Source: a virus
Lineage: Duplodnaviria > Caudoviricetes
IMG/VR virus record: IMGVR_UViG_3300031994_000011
Location: 64,001-128,000 of that record
Strand: one strand, 5' to 3'
DNA: 64,000 bases
Under the pieces are notes generated by a model. That model did no database searches. It was not told where the DNA came from and saw only the letters and a program-made list of their open reading frames with translations. A program made the translations under genes and the position numbers. Numbering within the stretch: position 1 is the stretch's first letter; each line of letters begins with the position of its first letter. Below, one piece after another: positions 11,788 to 19,802 of this stretch.

Positions 11788-12165
11788 ATGCCAAATTATT
11801 CAAATCAATTACGTTTAAATTTAACTGAATTAGATAAAATCACACATAAAGAAGGTAATCGCTTTATACAGCCAATTGATTTTAAGTGGGAAGCCGCAGC
11901 TATGCGCAACCTTAATGGAAATGCTTATAAAATATGGCGCTATCTTCTACGATGGTATGGTAAAGATTATTTTTATTATTCTCCTGCCGCTATTCGTAAA
12001 GAATTAGGTTTAGGAGAAAATGGCGCGACATCAGCTAGAAAAGAATTGGAAGCAAAAGGATACATTACTCCTGTAAATAATAAAGAAAATATTTATACTT
12101 TTACTCCTGTTCTTCCGGTTGATTATGAAAATTTAAAAAATAAAAAAGATTTATTTGATGAATAA
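11788..12165 (+). CDS. Winged-helix protein, candidate replication initiator
   Basis: LNGNAYKIW.YL..S..I.KELG....ARKELEAKGYI; lies directly upstream of the iteron array. Confidence 0.6.
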   Translation: MPNYSNQLRLNLTELDKITHKEGNRFIQPIDFKWEAAAMRNLNGNAYKIWRYLLRWYGKDYFYYSPAAIRKELGLGENGATSARKELEAKGYITPVNNKENIYTFTPVLPVDYENLKNKKDLFDE

Positions 12166-12289
12166 CCACTTTTTTCGTGGTATTCATTGCCACAAAAATC
12201 GTGGAATTATATCACGAAAATCGTGGCATAGTTCCACGAAAATCGTGGTCTTTCCACGAAAAAAGTGGCAATATCCACGAAAATCGTGT
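12166..12289. repeat. Six 15-bp quasi-palindromic iterons CCACGAAAATCGTGG
   Basis: Copies start at 12166, 12190, 12212, 12234, 12254 and 12275, followed by an almost pure A/T tract at about 12290-12350. Confidence 0.85.
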
Positions 12290-12373
12290 AAGTAATATAA
12301 ATATAATATAAATAGAATAAAAATAATAATATAAATAAAAAATAAAAATATGGTCGCGCCGCGACATGAATAT

Positions 12374-12402
12374 TTGACTTAATATAAAAATTACGATATA
12401 AT
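12374..12402 (+). promoter_or_regulatory. SigA-type promoter
   Basis: TTGACT-N17-TATAAT. Confidence 0.75.
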
Positions 12403-12432
12403 TATTATAGAAAAAGAAAGGAGATTAAAAAA

Positions 12433-12804
12433 ATGGGGCTTGATTGTAGAATCATAATGGCAAAAAATCGTAAACAAATCGAGATGGAAGATTTCTGGGA
12501 CAAGTGTGCTACCGGTTTTGTACGTGATGAAGATGGCTGTATTGATTTTACCGTACCCTCGGAAGTTGCTTATTGGAGAAAATTTTGGGATTTGTATACA
12601 CCAGTAAGCAATCGTCTTGGACTTGAGAATGGTGAGATGGCTGAAATTAATAAAGATGATCTTTATTTCATTCTTGATATTATTTGTGCCACTCCTGATT
12701 ATTGGGGTAAGTTTGATACAGTTCCTACAATTTGTGAACTAATTTATCATTATAATGAGATTCGTGAACATGGTATGACATTATTCTTTGAAGGAGATTA
12801 TTGA
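12433..12804 (+). CDS. Hypothetical phage protein
   Basis: MGLD..EVAYWRK, a pattern common in phage proteins. Confidence 0.7.
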   Translation: MGLDCRIIMAKNRKQIEMEDFWDKCATGFVRDEDGCIDFTVPSEVAYWRKFWDLYTPVSNRLGLENGEMAEINKDDLYFILDIICATPDYWGKFDTVPTICELIYHYNEIREHGMTLFFEGDY

Positions 12805-12805
12805 T

Positions 12806-13519
12806 ATGTCAAGAATAATTATCACTGGAGATACTCATGGTTCTGTTGAAATGAATCGTCTGAGTTTTAAAAATTTTCCAGAGGGACACAACCTTACCAA
12901 AAATGATTATGTAATAATTACTGGCGATTTTGGTGCAGTTTGGGATGGAACTAAAACAGATGAGTATTGGCTAGATTTTCTTGAGGATAAGCCTTTTACA
13001 ACTTTGTTTTGTGATGGAAATCATGAAAATTTTAATCTTCTTTATAATTATCCCGAAGAGGAATGGAACGGTGGAAAAACTCATGTAATTAGACCATCAA
13101 TTCGTCATCTTATGAGAGGGCAGATTTTTACAATTGATAATAAGAAGTTTTTTGTAATGGGTGGCGCGACCTCTATTGATAAAGGTTTTAGAAAAGAAAA
13201 TGAAAGTTGGTGGTCGCAAGAAATTCCATCTGTTGAAGAATTTGATGAAGGAATTGTAAATCTTGAAGCTAATAATTATAAAGTAGATTATATTATAACC
13301 CATTGTCTTCCAGATAGTTTACTTGATATTCTTTATTGCGGTTATAATGAACATGATTTACTTACCAATTATCTTGAACATATGGTCGCGCGCACTACTA
13401 CTTTTAAAAATTGGTTTTGCGGACATTATCATACTGATAAAGTAATTCATAATAAATTTTATGTTTGTTATCATGACTTTTATGAAATTACTGATAATAA
13501 AATTATAAAAATTGATTAA
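12806..13519 (+). CDS. Calcineurin-like metallophosphoesterase
   Basis: GDTHG, GDFG, GNHEN, ITH, GHYH. Confidence 0.92.
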   Translation: MSRIIITGDTHGSVEMNRLSFKNFPEGHNLTKNDYVIITGDFGAVWDGTKTDEYWLDFLEDKPFTTLFCDGNHENFNLLYNYPEEEWNGGKTHVIRPSIRHLMRGQIFTIDNKKFFVMGGATSIDKGFRKENESWWSQEIPSVEEFDEGIVNLEANNYKVDYIITHCLPDSLLDILYCGYNEHDLLTNYLEHMVARTTTFKNWFCGHYHTDKVIHNKFYVCYHDFYEITDNKIIKID

Positions 13520-13529
13520 GGAGATAAGT

Positions 13530-13724
13530 ATGAGTAAAACTATTTATGATTCTGTTTGCCCTAAATGCGGCAGCGATAATTGGTATCAATATAGTACTGA
13601 TGAAATTGAATTTTCCTCTGATGGGACAGGTCATTATTATATTTACTGCCATTGTAAAAATTGCGACAATGAATGGAAACAACACTATGAGTTTAAGTAT
13701 ACTATTGAGAGGGAGCGAGATTAA
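13530..13724 (+). CDS. Zinc-ribbon protein
   Basis: CPKCGS..CKNC. Confidence 0.65.
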   Translation: MSKTIYDSVCPKCGSDNWYQYSTDEIEFSSDGTGHYYIYCHCKNCDNEWKQHYEFKYTIERERD

Positions 13725-13726
13725 TA

Positions 13727-14143
13727 ATGCGTTTGTGGCATAAATATCTTATTTCAGTATTACCTCGTGAGCAACTAGTAAGTCAATGGCGCGAATGCAG
13801 TGCTCTAGCTTCGAATATTCAAAAGAAGGGTAGCCCTAATCATATTTTATGTAATTTTATTTTAAATTATGATTATGATCATTTTATTTCTTATGCTTAT
13901 TATATTAGAGAAGAAATGACTAAACGCGGCTATCGTACAATGAATAGTGTATGGAATAAGATTGTTTCACTTAAAACTGATTATAAACTTTTGTCGCTAA
14001 AAGATATTTATCCAGAAGAAATGAATGATACTTATTGGACTATATGCTATTATAATCTAATGGAAAAATGGTTGCGCGGCGGCATTAAAAATGAAGATTG
14101 GATGAAAATTGATATTGCGGATAGTGAATGGAGAAGTAATTAA
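13727..14143 (+). CDS. Pyrimidine-dimer DNA glycosylase family protein
   Basis: MRLWH..LPREQLVSQWRE..EM.KRGY. Confidence 0.8.
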   Translation: MRLWHKYLISVLPREQLVSQWRECSALASNIQKKGSPNHILCNFILNYDYDHFISYAYYIREEMTKRGYRTMNSVWNKIVSLKTDYKLLSLKDIYPEEMNDTYWTICYYNLMEKWLRGGIKNEDWMKIDIADSEWRSN

Positions 14144-14153
14144 GGAGTAATAA

Positions 14154-14612
14154 ATGGAAATCTATCTTGGCGGACCTTGCGATAGTGAACATCGTACTCT
14201 AATGGTCCACGTTGCGGAAACACTACGAAATATGGGGCATGAAGTATACTGCCCTTTTGAATTAAAAATTGAAAATGCATGGGATTATTCTCAGGAAGAT
14301 TGGGCGCAGATGGTATTTAAAGCAGACATTTCCGCAATGAACAGCTGTGACTGTGCTATTGTTATTTCCTTAGGTCGCATTTCTAGCGCGGGGACTAATT
14401 GGGAATGTGGTTATCTATATGCTTGTGGAATTCCGGTATATATATTACAGATTACTGGAGCCCCTACTTCTTTAATGACATTCTGTGGCGCAGATTATTT
14501 TGTATCTACAAGCGAGGCCGATTTGACAAATGAATTAGAAACTCTTATACCCCTAATTGAAAACCAAATCATTAATTCTTATAAAAAGGAATGCCTTACT
14601 GTACTAACATAA
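14154..14612 (+). CDS. Second nucleoside 2-deoxyribosyltransferase-family protein
   Basis: IYLGGP, VYCP, VF.AD, SAGTNWECG. Confidence 0.82.
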   Translation: MEIYLGGPCDSEHRTLMVHVAETLRNMGHEVYCPFELKIENAWDYSQEDWAQMVFKADISAMNSCDCAIVISLGRISSAGTNWECGYLYACGIPVYILQITGAPTSLMTFCGADYFVSTSEADLTNELETLIPLIENQIINSYKKECLTVLT

Positions 14613-14626
14613 ATATTGGAGAAAGT

Positions 14627-14839
14627 ATGAAGATTAAATATAAATTGATTTATGAATGGGTGAGTGAAGAACCTGATATTCTTGATTGCATGAATGCGAA
14701 TGAATATTCAATTGAAGAGGCAATTAATGATTCAATTCAATGGAATCAAGAGGAATTTGCTGATAGATTGAACAGTTATAGCATGAAAATGTTAGGACTT
14801 GAAGGACAATTTGAATACGAGGTTGTGAATGATAGGTAA
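14627..14839 (+). CDS. Small hypothetical protein
   Basis: GGAG RBS, co-oriented. Confidence 0.55.
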   Translation: MKIKYKLIYEWVSEEPDILDCMNANEYSIEEAINDSIQWNQEEFADRLNSYSMKMLGLEGQFEYEVVNDR

Positions 14840-15023
14840 AGATAAAGCAATTGAATATCTTGATTGGTATTTTTATGATGATGATGGTAATGTAGATAAA
14901 TATGCAATTCAAAAGTATAATAATTTAAAGAATTATATTGATATTTGTGAAAAATGCTTAATGAAAACCACACATATTGAAGCTGGTTTTCAAGGACATA
15001 ATTTAATTATACAGGAGAGATAA
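14829..15023 (+). CDS. Small hypothetical protein
   Basis: GAGGT RBS, overlapping chain of genes. Confidence 0.55.
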   Translation: MIGKDKAIEYLDWYFYDDDGNVDKYAIQKYNNLKNYIDICEKCLMKTTHIEAGFQGHNLIIQER

Positions 15024-15024
15024 G

Positions 15025-15249
15025 ATGCCTTGTGGTTTTGGTGATAAAGAATGTGCAATTTGTTTTTATGGCTCAGGTTGTATAGCCGCAATGTTAGATG
15101 ACTATTGGCAACCTGCTACGAAAGAACAATTAATTTCTAGATTAAATAATAATGAATATTCTGATTATAGACAATTAATGATCGATACATTATATTCAAA
15201 TTTTAATATAAAATATAATATAGAAAAAACAGACATAAAAAAGGTTTAA
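15025..15249 (+). CDS. Small Cys-rich hypothetical protein
   Basis: AGGAG RBS. Confidence 0.6.
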   Translation: MPCGFGDKECAICFYGSGCIAAMLDDYWQPATKEQLISRLNNNEYSDYRQLMIDTLYSNFNIKYNIEKTDIKKV

Positions 15250-15295
15250 CTTTTCTTTTAATTTATAATATAATAATAAAAAGAAAGGAATAATT

Positions 15296-15595
15296 ATGCA
15301 GACACATATCATTGAAGAACAAACTTGTGATATGGGCCACGGGAAAGGTGAATATATCTTTTCAAATATGACTTTAGAACAAGTTTTAGATTGGTTTGAA
15401 CAAAACTTACATGACTGGGGAACAATTATAATCCAATTTAAAGATGGAGATATTTTAAGAAAATTTGATTATAATTTATATAATGATTCACAATTCTATC
15501 ATCATTTAAGTTGGGAATATAATTTATTGGTAGAAAAAATAGAATTCTATTATTGTTTTATGAATAAGGACATTATTATTTATTTAAATAAATAA
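15296..15595 (+). CDS. Hypothetical protein
   Basis: AAGGA RBS, open frame. Confidence 0.6.
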   Translation: MQTHIIEEQTCDMGHGKGEYIFSNMTLEQVLDWFEQNLHDWGTIIIQFKDGDILRKFDYNLYNDSQFYHHLSWEYNLLVEKIEFYYCFMNKDIIIYLNK

Positions 15596-15640
15596 GTCAA
15601 ATCAATAAGATTTGACTTTCTTTTTAATTTATGATATAAT
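15594..15640 (+). promoter_or_regulatory. Hairpin overlapping the gyrB promoter
   Basis: AAGTCAAATC-aataa-GATTTGACTT inverted repeat contains the -35 (15612); TG-N-TATAAT at 15635. Confidence 0.7.
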
Positions 15641-15667
15641 TAAATATAAAGAAAAGGAGGCGATAAA

Positions 15668-17533
15668 GTGGCTTATGATGCTAATTCAATTCAGGTAAGA
15701 GATTTTCGTACTGCCGCACGAACTACACCTGGTATGTATATTGGCGCGGATGGGCAAGATGCAATGTTTAATTGTTTTCTAGAAATTCTTAATAATGCTT
15801 GTGATGAAGCTATTATGGGGCGAGGAAACGAAATTACTGTAGAAGTAAATGATAATGATATTAAGATTTCTGATAAAGGAGCGGGAGTTCCCCATGGAAA
15901 AAATAAAGATACAGAAGAAGTACTCATCGAAATATACACTTCTGCTCATTCTTCTGGGAAATTTGATTCAACTAATTATAAAAGAGTTCGTGGTATGCAT
16001 GGTATTGGGTCCAGTACGGTGTGCGTTTGCTCGGAAATTTTTGAAGTATGGAGCAAACGAGATGGGGCAGAATGGCACCTCTTATTCAAAGATGGCATAC
16101 CGCAATCTAAAACGGCGGATAGAATTCGATCTACAAAAGAAACAGGTACAACAGTGTATTTTAAACCTGATAAAACCATATTCCATCTAAATGATGAAAC
16201 GCCATCTTTTGATAAAGGACGAATTAAAAATGAATTACGTTTAACTAGTTATTTTATTCCAAATGTTACTTTTATCTATAAAACGAATGAACAAGAAGAA
16301 AGGTTCATATCTAAAAATGGGCTAAAAGATTTTGCCGCTGATAATATCACAAAGCCGCTTCATAAACAATATATTTATGGAACAAAAACATTTGATGGCG
16401 ATATTGATATTGAAGTATTTGCACAATGGACTACAGGACGTGAAAAATGTTATGTATTTTCTAATGGCGCTTTAAATAGTGGTGGTGGTACTCCTGTAAC
16501 AGGAATGAAAGCGGCTTTTACGCGCACTATTAATGATCAAGCAAAAGAAAATTTTGATAGTGAAATGATTCGTAAAGGACTAGTCACAATAATTAACATT
16601 AAACACCCACATCCAATATATCAAAATCAAGTTAAAGATAAAATTCAAAATCAAGAACTTCGTGGTTATACGCAGACAACCTTTACAGAAGCGATTAAAG
16701 ATTGGATTATAAAAAATCAAAATGATTTTAATAAAATTATAAATATACTTATTACTGATAAAAAAGCAGAAGCCGCCGCGGAAAAAGCACGCCAAGGTGT
16801 TCTTAACTTTGAGAAAAAAGAAACAGAGCATAAAAAGCAAAAAATAACTTCTTCTGATAAGTTTAAAGATTGCGAAAAGCATGGGCAAGATTCAATGTTA
16901 ATTATATGTGAGGGTAATTCAGCACTTGGCGGCCTCATGCCCGCACGAGACGTCAATAAGGAAGCTCTGTATGCTGTGCGTGGTAAGGTAAAAAATCTAT
17001 TAAAGCATCCACTTGATGAATGTCTTGAAAATCAAGAAGTTTCTGATATCATCATGGCACTTGGATGCGGCATTCAAGAAAAGTATAATAGTAAAAAACT
17101 TAATTATGGTAAAGTAGCTATCGCAACAGATGGCGACGTCGATGGTTTCTCAATTATGTGCCTTATCTCAACGCTATTTTATGTGTTGATGCCAAAATTT
17201 ATTGAAGAAGGCAGACTATGCTGGCTTCGTGCACCACTTTATAAAATTGAAAAAGGTGGACAAAAATTATTCGCCTATAATGATGAAGAGCTAGAAAAAA
17301 TTCGGCAAGATCGCACGAATTGGGAAATTACTCGCGCAAAGGGTCTTGGTGAACTTAATGCTGATGATATGGAGTGTTCTATGCTTCATCCTACAGAACG
17401 AAGGCTTGAAGTATTAACCATTCACGATGCTGAAGCTGCGGCAGCAAGTATTATGATGTTAATGGGGCCAGAGGTTGAAGGTAGAAGAAAATTCCTATTT
17501 GAGAATGTGGATTTTAATATATTAAATAATTAA
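15668..17533 (+). CDS. gyrB: Type IIA topoisomerase subunit B (GyrB/ParE)
   Basis: PGMYIG, N.CDE, GMHGIG, EGNSA, RGKVKN, TDGDVDG, KGLGE. Confidence 0.93.
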   Translation: MAYDANSIQVRDFRTAARTTPGMYIGADGQDAMFNCFLEILNNACDEAIMGRGNEITVEVNDNDIKISDKGAGVPHGKNKDTEEVLIEIYTSAHSSGKFDSTNYKRVRGMHGIGSSTVCVCSEIFEVWSKRDGAEWHLLFKDGIPQSKTADRIRSTKETGTTVYFKPDKTIFHLNDETPSFDKGRIKNELRLTSYFIPNVTFIYKTNEQEERFISKNGLKDFAADNITKPLHKQYIYGTKTFDGDIDIEVFAQWTTGREKCYVFSNGALNSGGGTPVTGMKAAFTRTINDQAKENFDSEMIRKGLVTIINIKHPHPIYQNQVKDKIQNQELRGYTQTTFTEAIKDWIIKNQNDFNKIINILITDKKAEAAAEKARQGVLNFEKKETEHKKQKITSSDKFKDCEKHGQDSMLIICEGNSALGGLMPARDVNKEALYAVRGKVKNLLKHPLDECLENQEVSDIIMALGCGIQEKYNSKKLNYGKVAIATDGDVDGFSIMCLISTLFYVLMPKFIEEGRLCWLRAPLYKIEKGGQKLFAYNDEELEKIRQDRTNWEITRAKGLGELNADDMECSMLHPTERRLEVLTIHDAEAAAASIMMLMGPEVEGRRKFLFENVDFNILNN

Positions 17534-17534
17534 A

Positions 17535-17813
17535 ATGATAATTTATAGATATGAAAAAGAAGATGGCGGAGGGCCATATTTTACACCTGATGGGCATTCA
17601 AGGACGTATACAGATATTTATTTTAATGATGATATATTATGTGGAGCTGAATCAATTGATAATTTAAATAAATGGTTTATAGAAAGAAATGCTACTAAAT
17701 TAATTCAAGATTGTAAAATTGTCAAATATGAAGGAGAACTAATTCATAAATTTATTCATAGTGGAGAGGCAGTGATTAGAAAATCAACTGCTAAACAATT
17801 AACTTCTCCTTAA
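17535..17813 (+). CDS. Hypothetical protein
   Basis: IYRYE...GPY; flanked by a duplicated gyrB end. Confidence 0.65.
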   Translation: MIIYRYEKEDGGGPYFTPDGHSRTYTDIYFNDDILCGAESIDNLNKWFIERNATKLIQDCKIVKYEGELIHKFIHSGEAVIRKSTAKQLTSP

Positions 17814-17891
17814 AATTATGTATAAGTTTATAGATAATTATAATTTTTGAGAATGTAGATTTTAGTATTTTAAATAGATAAGGAGAATAGT

Positions 17892-18071
17892 ATGAATAAT
17901 AATTCGCGTAATCGTGGTATTGGATTTATGGGCTTGCTTACAATAGCATTTATTGTATTAAAACTATGTCATGTTATAGAATGGTCTTGGCTTTGGGTAT
18001 TGTCTCCACTATGGATTTCATTTGTAATTATTATGATGATTGCTATTTGGCTTGCGAATAAATTTCAATAA
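17892..18071 (+). CDS. Small membrane protein
   Basis: GIGFMGLLTIAFIVLKLCHVIEWSWLWVLSPLWI; AGGAG RBS. Confidence 0.8.
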   Translation: MNNNSRNRGIGFMGLLTIAFIVLKLCHVIEWSWLWVLSPLWISFVIIMMIAIWLANKFQ

Positions 18072-18162
18072 ATTTAAATTGGGATAGGGCTTGGACGTTA
18101 GAAATAAAAGAAAATTTCTTATTTAAAATGTTGATTTAATATCTTAAATAATTGAGGTAAAT

Positions 18163-18510
18163 ATGAATATTGAGAATGCAAAAATTACAAATACACGTAT
18201 TTCTATGGCTGACCATGGTTGCTTAACTTTTGATTTAACACTTGAAGGTGCCGGTTGGGGTTGTAATTACGGTGGATATTGTATTGGTAATGGATACTTA
18301 GGTGCTAAAGAATTTACAGCAAGTTCAGGTAATGGACTCGTGGCTATAATGAAGATTATGGATACAGTCGGTGTAGAGTGTTGGGAAGATTTAAAAGGTA
18401 AATATGTTCGATGCAAGATAAATGATTGGGGAGGAACTATTGATGAAATTGGTAATTTAATAGAAAATGAATGGTTTAATATTCGTGAATTTTTTTCTAA
18501 TAATAATTAA
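18163..18510 (+). CDS. Conserved phage hypothetical protein
   Basis: NAKI..DHG.LT..GGY..VGVE.WEDLKGK.VR. Confidence 0.75.
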   Translation: MNIENAKITNTRISMADHGCLTFDLTLEGAGWGCNYGGYCIGNGYLGAKEFTASSGNGLVAIMKIMDTVGVECWEDLKGKYVRCKINDWGGTIDEIGNLIENEWFNIREFFSNNN

Positions 18511-18550
18511 CAATAATTAAAATTTCTGATATATAATAAGAGGTATAAAA

Positions 18551-18745
18551 ATGGATAATAAATATAAAATTATGGATATTTTATTAGAAGAATTTAAATA
18601 TATTTACTGTGATAGTTGTAGACTTCAAGACAGTGAAAATTGTGAAGGATGCTATAGAAAATATATTAATTGGTCTTTGTCATCAGAAACAGCAGCGAAT
18701 ATTGCTGATAAAATTATAAATGTATTTGAAGATAATAAACCATAA
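18551..18745 (+). CDS. Small Cys-rich hypothetical protein
   Basis: CDSC..CEGC; GAGG RBS. Confidence 0.6.
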   Translation: MDNKYKIMDILLEEFKYIYCDSCRLQDSENCEGCYRKYINWSLSSETAANIADKIINVFEDNKP

Positions 18746-18752
18746 ATTTTGA

Positions 18753-19001
18753 ATGGATGATAATATGAATGAAAAAGAATTTATAGCAGCTATAAATGAG
18801 ATTATTCTTAGTTCAACAGCTAATGGTGGTGATCCCGGTGGTCCTTATATGACGGAGCAAGAATGGGCACAAAAAAGTATAGAAAAATTATTATATTTAT
18901 TAAATTTAAATAATAAATACCATGTTGAATTAGTTAGAAATTTAAGATATGATCTCACAACTTGGATAGATCCAATTCCGCAAATAGTTGACAATAATTA
19001 A
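18753..19001 (+). CDS. Hypothetical protein
   Basis: Open frame, GGDPGGPY. Confidence 0.6.
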   Translation: MDDNMNEKEFIAAINEIILSSTANGGDPGGPYMTEQEWAQKSIEKLLYLLNLNNKYHVELVRNLRYDLTTWIDPIPQIVDNN

Positions 19002-19038
19002 ATTTTATGTTATAATATAAAATGGGAGATAAGAAGAT

Positions 19039-19800
19039 ATGGCACAAAAAATTGATATGACGGGTTGGATATTAAGTGAACATGGTGTCCCAGACAGTAT
19101 TCTCACCGTCCTTGAAGAAGATAAAGAATACCGTATTTTGCATAATATTAAATTAACTGAAGCATATTGGAAATGTCAATGCAAATGTGGAAATATAATC
19201 AGTGCACGAGGCTCTTCACTAAGAAGAGGAGATATTTTATCATGCGGATGTATTCAAAAGCAGCGTACATCTGCTGCCAGAAGATATAATTTAGTTGGAC
19301 AACGCTTTGGAAAATTATTAGTATTAGAATATAGTAAAACTTATACAAGACCAAATGGAAAAAGTGGAGATGCCATTTGGAAATGCCGATGTGATTGTGG
19401 CAATATAACATATGTAGTAACTAATAGTTTAATGAGCGGTCAAACAACAAGTTGTGGTTGTAATGTTTCATCCGCAGAAGAATTAATTAGAACCATATTA
19501 ATAAAACATAATATTCCATTTGAAGTTCAAAAACGGTATAATGATTGTAGAGATAAAAAGCCATTACCTTTTGATTTTTATATAAATAATAATTTTTTAT
19601 TGGAATATGATGGGGAACAACATTATAAAGAATGGAATCGTGGAGAATCAACTCTGGCAGATAGACAAAAACATGATAATATTAAAAATAAATATGCAAA
19701 AGATAATCATATTCCTTTAAAACGTATACCATATTGGGATTATAATAAAATAACATTTGAAACTATTATGGATGATACGTTTTTATTAAAGGAGAAATAA
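19039..19800 (+). CDS. Free-standing putative homing endonuclease (CxCxCG repeats plus Vsr/DUF559-like nuclease)
   Basis: Two WKCxCxCG..SCGC units, then E..I..L..PFDFY..LEYDGEQHY..D..K..A..LKRIPY; own promoter at 18988-19016. Confidence 0.75.
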   Translation: MAQKIDMTGWILSEHGVPDSILTVLEEDKEYRILHNIKLTEAYWKCQCKCGNIISARGSSLRRGDILSCGCIQKQRTSAARRYNLVGQRFGKLLVLEYSKTYTRPNGKSGDAIWKCRCDCGNITYVVTNSLMSGQTTSCGCNVSSAEELIRTILIKHNIPFEVQKRYNDCRDKKPLPFDFYINNNFLLEYDGEQHYKEWNRGESTLADRQKHDNIKNKYAKDNHIPLKRIPYWDYNKITFETIMDDTFLLKEK

Positions 19801-19802
19801 TA

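Noticed and set aside
12166-12289. Mini CRISPR array
   Set aside because: Repeats are 15 bp with 5-9 bp gaps and there are no cas genes. This fits iterons or operators.
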